DNA of 64,000 nucleotides. It comes from Phoronis australis (lineage: Eukaryota > Animalia > Phoronida). Both the position numbers and the translations under genes were made by a program. Positions 63,614 to 64,000 of the stretch are shown here, one piece after another. The stretch spans positions 111,647 through 175,646 of the forward strand of contig NMRA01000493.1 of NCBI GenBank assembly GCA_002633005.1, read 5' to 3'. Within the stretch, counting starts at the first letter, position 1. Every line of letters starts with the position of its first letter. The notes beneath the pieces were generated by a model, which was not told the DNA's origin, did not search any database, and was given only the letters and a program-made list of their open reading frames with translations.

Positions 63614-63837
63614 GGGCCTGTTCCAACAGAACTGACTTAGCTAAGACAATTTTCAACTTTTAGTAAATTTTAAAATAAAGTTAAATTTGTCTCAAAACCA
63701 ATTCAAGAAATCCAAGAAAGTGTTTGACATAAGTTTTGTCTTAACTTACCAAAATTGGAAGTTTCAAAGTTTGGAAGTTAAAGACAAATCTTATACTTAA
63801 GTCAAAAATGATCTTGTCAATTTCTTGGAACAGACTC
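63614..63837. mobile_element. PIF/Harbinger-like MITE with CAG TSD
   Basis: CAG|GGGCCTGTTCCAA...TTGGAACAGACTC|CAG. Confidence 0.65.
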
Positions 63838-64000
63838 CAGTACTTTCACATCACCTTTGTAATGAATGGCCTGGATACAAACATCAAGGTTTCGTTGTCA
63901 CAGACAGAATCAATTGCATCGATTCCAGAAAGCTCAAGCCCACTGAAAGTATACCATTGCCATAATCACATTTAGGTGATAAAGAAAGTTACCACGAGTT

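Overview
AT-rich, intron-rich, repeat-dense animal (invertebrate bilaterian-like) genomic DNA with an 880-nt assembly gap (17441-18320). It is not prokaryotic, so most ORF-track entries are noise or exon fragments. Manual splice-site reading supports five genes: (1) the last four coding exons of a BRD7/BRD9-family gene (+, 8816-15379); (2) a complete 4-exon, 142-aa coactosin-like gene (+, 20195-29584); (3, 4) two adjacent, apparently paralogous orphan genes for very basic Lys/Arg/Ser-rich proteins (+, ~32011-35700 and 36517-41789) that share an unrecognised domain of at least 46 aa, probably ~90-100 aa; (5) the nine 3' exons of NPEPL1, an M17 aminopeptidase (-, 44481-56663). Introns and intergenic DNA hold Kolobok-like TTAA elements (one with a THAP relic), a Sola-like element with ATAT TSDs, MITEs with 5-bp TSDs, a tRNA-derived SINE, a DINE-1/Helentron-like element carrying an array of CTCF-like motifs, and several minisatellites. 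The best novelty candidates are the orphan basic-protein pair and the CTCF-motif array. All homology calls come from my recall of family motifs, not from database searches.
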